Below the pieces are notes generated by a model, which saw only the letters and a program-made list of their open reading frames with translations, searched no databases and was not told where the DNA came from. From Lepidodermella squamata (taxonomy: Eukaryota > Animalia > Gastrotricha), in the NCBI GenBank assembly GCA_047495785.1, contig JBLDXI010000010.1, forward strand, positions 62,001 through 126,000: a DNA stretch of 64,000 nt, in the 5' to 3' direction. Both the position numbers and the translations under genes were made by a program. Each line of letters starts with the position of its first letter. The stretch's first letter is position 1. Shown piece by piece: positions 60,936-64,000 of this stretch.

Positions 60936-62014
60936 CTCAAGGTCAAGGTCGCGCGGGAAATATTCAAATCGGAAAAACCGTTAACTTTTCCTCCCCCCTA
61001 CTACTGTTAGCTAAATCTCGCTTCGATCGTAGGAGATTTTCGTGTAGCTAACGCGCAAAATTAACGAATTTGACCAAATGAAATGACCAAATGAATCAGT
61101 TTTATTTTTCGTCCTCCGTAGGCATGTGATGTTAACGAATTTGTTGTTAAAAATTTATTTATTTATTTATTATTTAGAAGCTATTACACCCAAAGAGGGA
61201 AGCTTGACAAAGTATAAGGAAAACAACATATAATTGCAGGACAGGATCACATTTAGGACAGGAAAAGTGCTGTAGAAGAAACAAAGTTATAGAATTAGGA
61301 TTAGAAATACACATAAATGTGTATATATAATAATGATAGGTATTAGTAAAAATCGCAACAAAAGTGTAATAAAACAAAACAGCATTTCAGCAGTATAAAA
61401 ATAAAGTGTATTCAATCAGGTCAGAAAACCAGTCGAAACCCACGAAAAGTTGCAGCGAAATGAGAATATAGCGAGCGATTTTCGCTGGACTGGAACTCAG
61501 ATGAAAAAGTAGAATTCGGTGTTTCCATTATTCTCTAGCTGTAACTAGTTACCGATGGAGAGAACGCGGCTTAATCATGAAATAACTGTTGTCTGGAAAT
61601 GTCTTCCTCATCAAGCGTCAATCCTCATTAAAAAAGTTGGTGAGCCAATTATCGTGCGAGCCCCAGAAATCAGACTGCCCTTTATATGCGTCGAAATCAA
61701 GAAGCCAGCTCAACTTGACCCATGGATAAAACACGGAGTCATTCCGATTCAAAGAAGTGAGTTTGATTTTTTTGACAGGAAGTTCAAATCACCAACGCTC
61801 TCAAGAAAGACGAAAGCCAAGTGGTTTTAGGATGGTACACGTAAATTTATTGAAAGGTAATCACCAACAAGTTATCCATGCTATAAAACAGTGAAATTGG
61901 TTGCAAAATACTTTCAAACTACGACATGGAGACTGATTTTAAAAAACAAGTAATCGCTAAAGCAGAACAATATCACCGATAATTGCATTTTAACCATGAT
62001 CTATTTTGATCCTA

Positions 62015-63083
62015 CTACGCTATATTCGGATAACTAGCGTAGCTGAGAATTCCACACAAGTTCGATCCGCGAGCCATGCGAATGTAGCCCTTGTCACCCC
62101 AACCGGTTCCCCAGCTGTTCTTCACGATCCAGAATTTCTTGCCCGTGGCCGCATCCGTGCCGTAGCCAACAACCAACACAGCATGGTTTATAGCGGTCGA
62201 GCAGGCAGCGTCATTGTAAATGCCGGACTTGTAGAATTGGAAGGAGCTCAAGCCAGCGTTGATGGCGACGGCAACCGGGCCAGTTTGCAGGGCAACCATC
62301 AAAGCGGTTTCGTTGTTCTTCTGAACGTTTGTGAAGCCAGTAATGCTGGAATAGCGAGCCGCCGCGTTGAACTTGCAAGTGTGACTGCTAACACCCGTGT
62401 AAGCATAAGCGGAACCCAAGTTGATGCCAGAGACGTTCTTGACGTAGGCAAAAGCTGAATTCATCCAGCCACCATTGCAGCCGAGGTTACCATACGACCA
62501 CGTGCAGTCCATGAGATTTTGTTCAGAAAACGACATCAAGTTGCCAGATTTGATCTTGTATCGGCTCTCCAGAGCTCCCGTGGAAGAAAAGGCCCAACAT
62601 GATCCGCATGAACCCTGATTTTTGACAGGGGTAACTGCGCTCTTGTTGCGCCAGTCGAGGCTAGCAGGGAGAGCTGCGGACACTATCGATTCGACAAAGG
62701 GGGCAGCACTAACGAGCAGCTGTTCGCCGAGAGGAACCTTAGCACCAAGTCGAGTTGCCGCGAGTTCAGCCGAGCTCAGATCGGCAAGGTCATTGACGTC
62801 CAAGCTGAACGAAGCTCCAGACTTCTGATTGTGGCTGCGGATGAGAGCCAAATTCGCCTTGAAAGTGTCACGACGGCGGCGCTCTTCATTCTTGTCACTG
62901 AAATTCTTCTTGTTCGATAGTTTGAAATCCTCCCAGCCATCATCGTCATTATTGACTGGAGCACATTCTTCAAAAGTGAGGAAAACATAAGTTTCAACAG
63001 AACTTATAATTGAAAATATGGGACGAACCTGTCACGTAGATCAAGGCAAAGACCAAGACTGCGACGTTGTAAAGGTACTGCAT
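62015..63083 (-). CDS. CTSL: Cathepsin L-like cysteine protease (papain C1A)
   Basis: Signal-peptide exon 63083-63029 spliced to 62967-62015; ERFNIN-type prodomain; QGSCGSCWAF, NHAVL and KNSWG catalytic motifs. Confidence 0.95.
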
Positions 63084-63206
63084 TTTTGCAAATCGAAATG
63101 TTGTAAATGAAAAAGTGAAGCGATTGGGATAAGTCGAGAAGTTTAGCTTGTTAGCTTTTTAAGCTGCAAATTGAATGTGATGTTAGATCTTAGCCATACA
63201 ACGAGC

Positions 63207-63214
63207 TTATATAG
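63207..63214 (-). promoter_or_regulatory. Candidate TATA box of the cathepsin L gene
   Basis: CTATATAA on the minus strand ~125 nt upstream of the ATG. Confidence 0.4.
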
Positions 63215-64000
63215 ATTTCTCTTCGCCCGCCTTGGCGTCGTTCCGAGAGAATCGAACAACCAAAACATACGAAACGGCTTGCCAAATTCATCCGTAAACA
63301 TGTTTACCGTTTGTTTACGCCGTTAGATTCCTCGGAATGACGCGTTCATTACCCGTTTTCTTAGACCGTTACACTTTTCTCCACGAAGAACTGTCGCATG
63401 CATGGTGACGCACTTATCGGTACATGAACAAATCTGCTAAGGGAGATGACGTAGGCTCTGGTTAGTAAGAAACACGATACATGTTTTACTAAGAAATTTC
63501 TACACAACTTAATGGTCACAGAAAAAAATGCTTCAATGTATGTTCTGCTTTTAATCAAGAGATGTACCCGGTAACCGTATTTTTACTGTATTTTGATTGC
63601 ATTCTCATGGCAAAGTTTTTTCATTTTATCGCTGCTATTTGCGAATGGCTACAAGTCCTCATATACCTTTGATATCTTTATTTTATTCTAATTTTCTGAA
63701 TTGATTGAAAATCCTTCACATCATCTACCGGGAGGCTCATGAAATGACCGGTATAACGGAACAGTTTTCGACACAAGCTTATTCCGCCTGATAGGGGGCA
63801 AAGATCCGCCGTCTTTCGACATAATCGTCTTGGTACGCCGCTTGGAGTAAGTATCTATCAGTGATTTGTGGAATTTTCTGCCGTCCAAGGAAGCACTCGT
63901 TGCTGCTGACACCAAAGTGTTCGACCGGTCCATAAACTGGGCATGCCTACGCATTCCATGAGGCGGCGTTTCGATTAGGTTAGCCAGGTTGTGAAGAAAT

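Larger units (their letters stand above)
54986..61005. mobile_element. Decayed, internally deleted Polinton/Maverick-like element
   Basis: Inverted repeat 54986-55115 / 60229-60382 rich in TTCCCGCC; right end ...CCCCCCTACTACT (Polinton-type terminus); compact internal ORFs; no pPolB, integrase or capsid gene recognised. Confidence 0.7.

Overview
Eukaryotic (animal) genomic DNA with compact genes and many ~50-60-nt GT-AG introns; the taxon cannot be fixed from sequence alone. All protein-family calls come from manual motif recognition, not database searches. 1-8 kb: the N-terminus of a polyQ/PLNLS protein, plus two CACTA/EnSpm-type non-autonomous elements that each carry a tRNA-like sequence. 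8-23 kb: three proteins of unknown family, an intronless GABA-B-like class C GPCR, an SLC46-family transporter and a ZNF106-like WD40 gene. 23-32 kb: ~9 kb with no supported coding gene. 32-47 kb: a death-domain gene, TBC1D19, a coiled-coil gene, WDR27 and a low-complexity adaptor-like gene. The most unusual part is 47.6-61 kb. It holds a tightly packed, same-strand, operon-like array of four HP1/chromodomain genes and two Mutator-type SWIM-finger genes. Next to it is a decayed Polinton/Maverick-like element (ACTACT terminus, TTAGGG- and E2F-site-rich TIR) carrying two TBP-like pseudogenes, one split by a CR1-type LINE. A cathepsin L gene lies near the end of the window.
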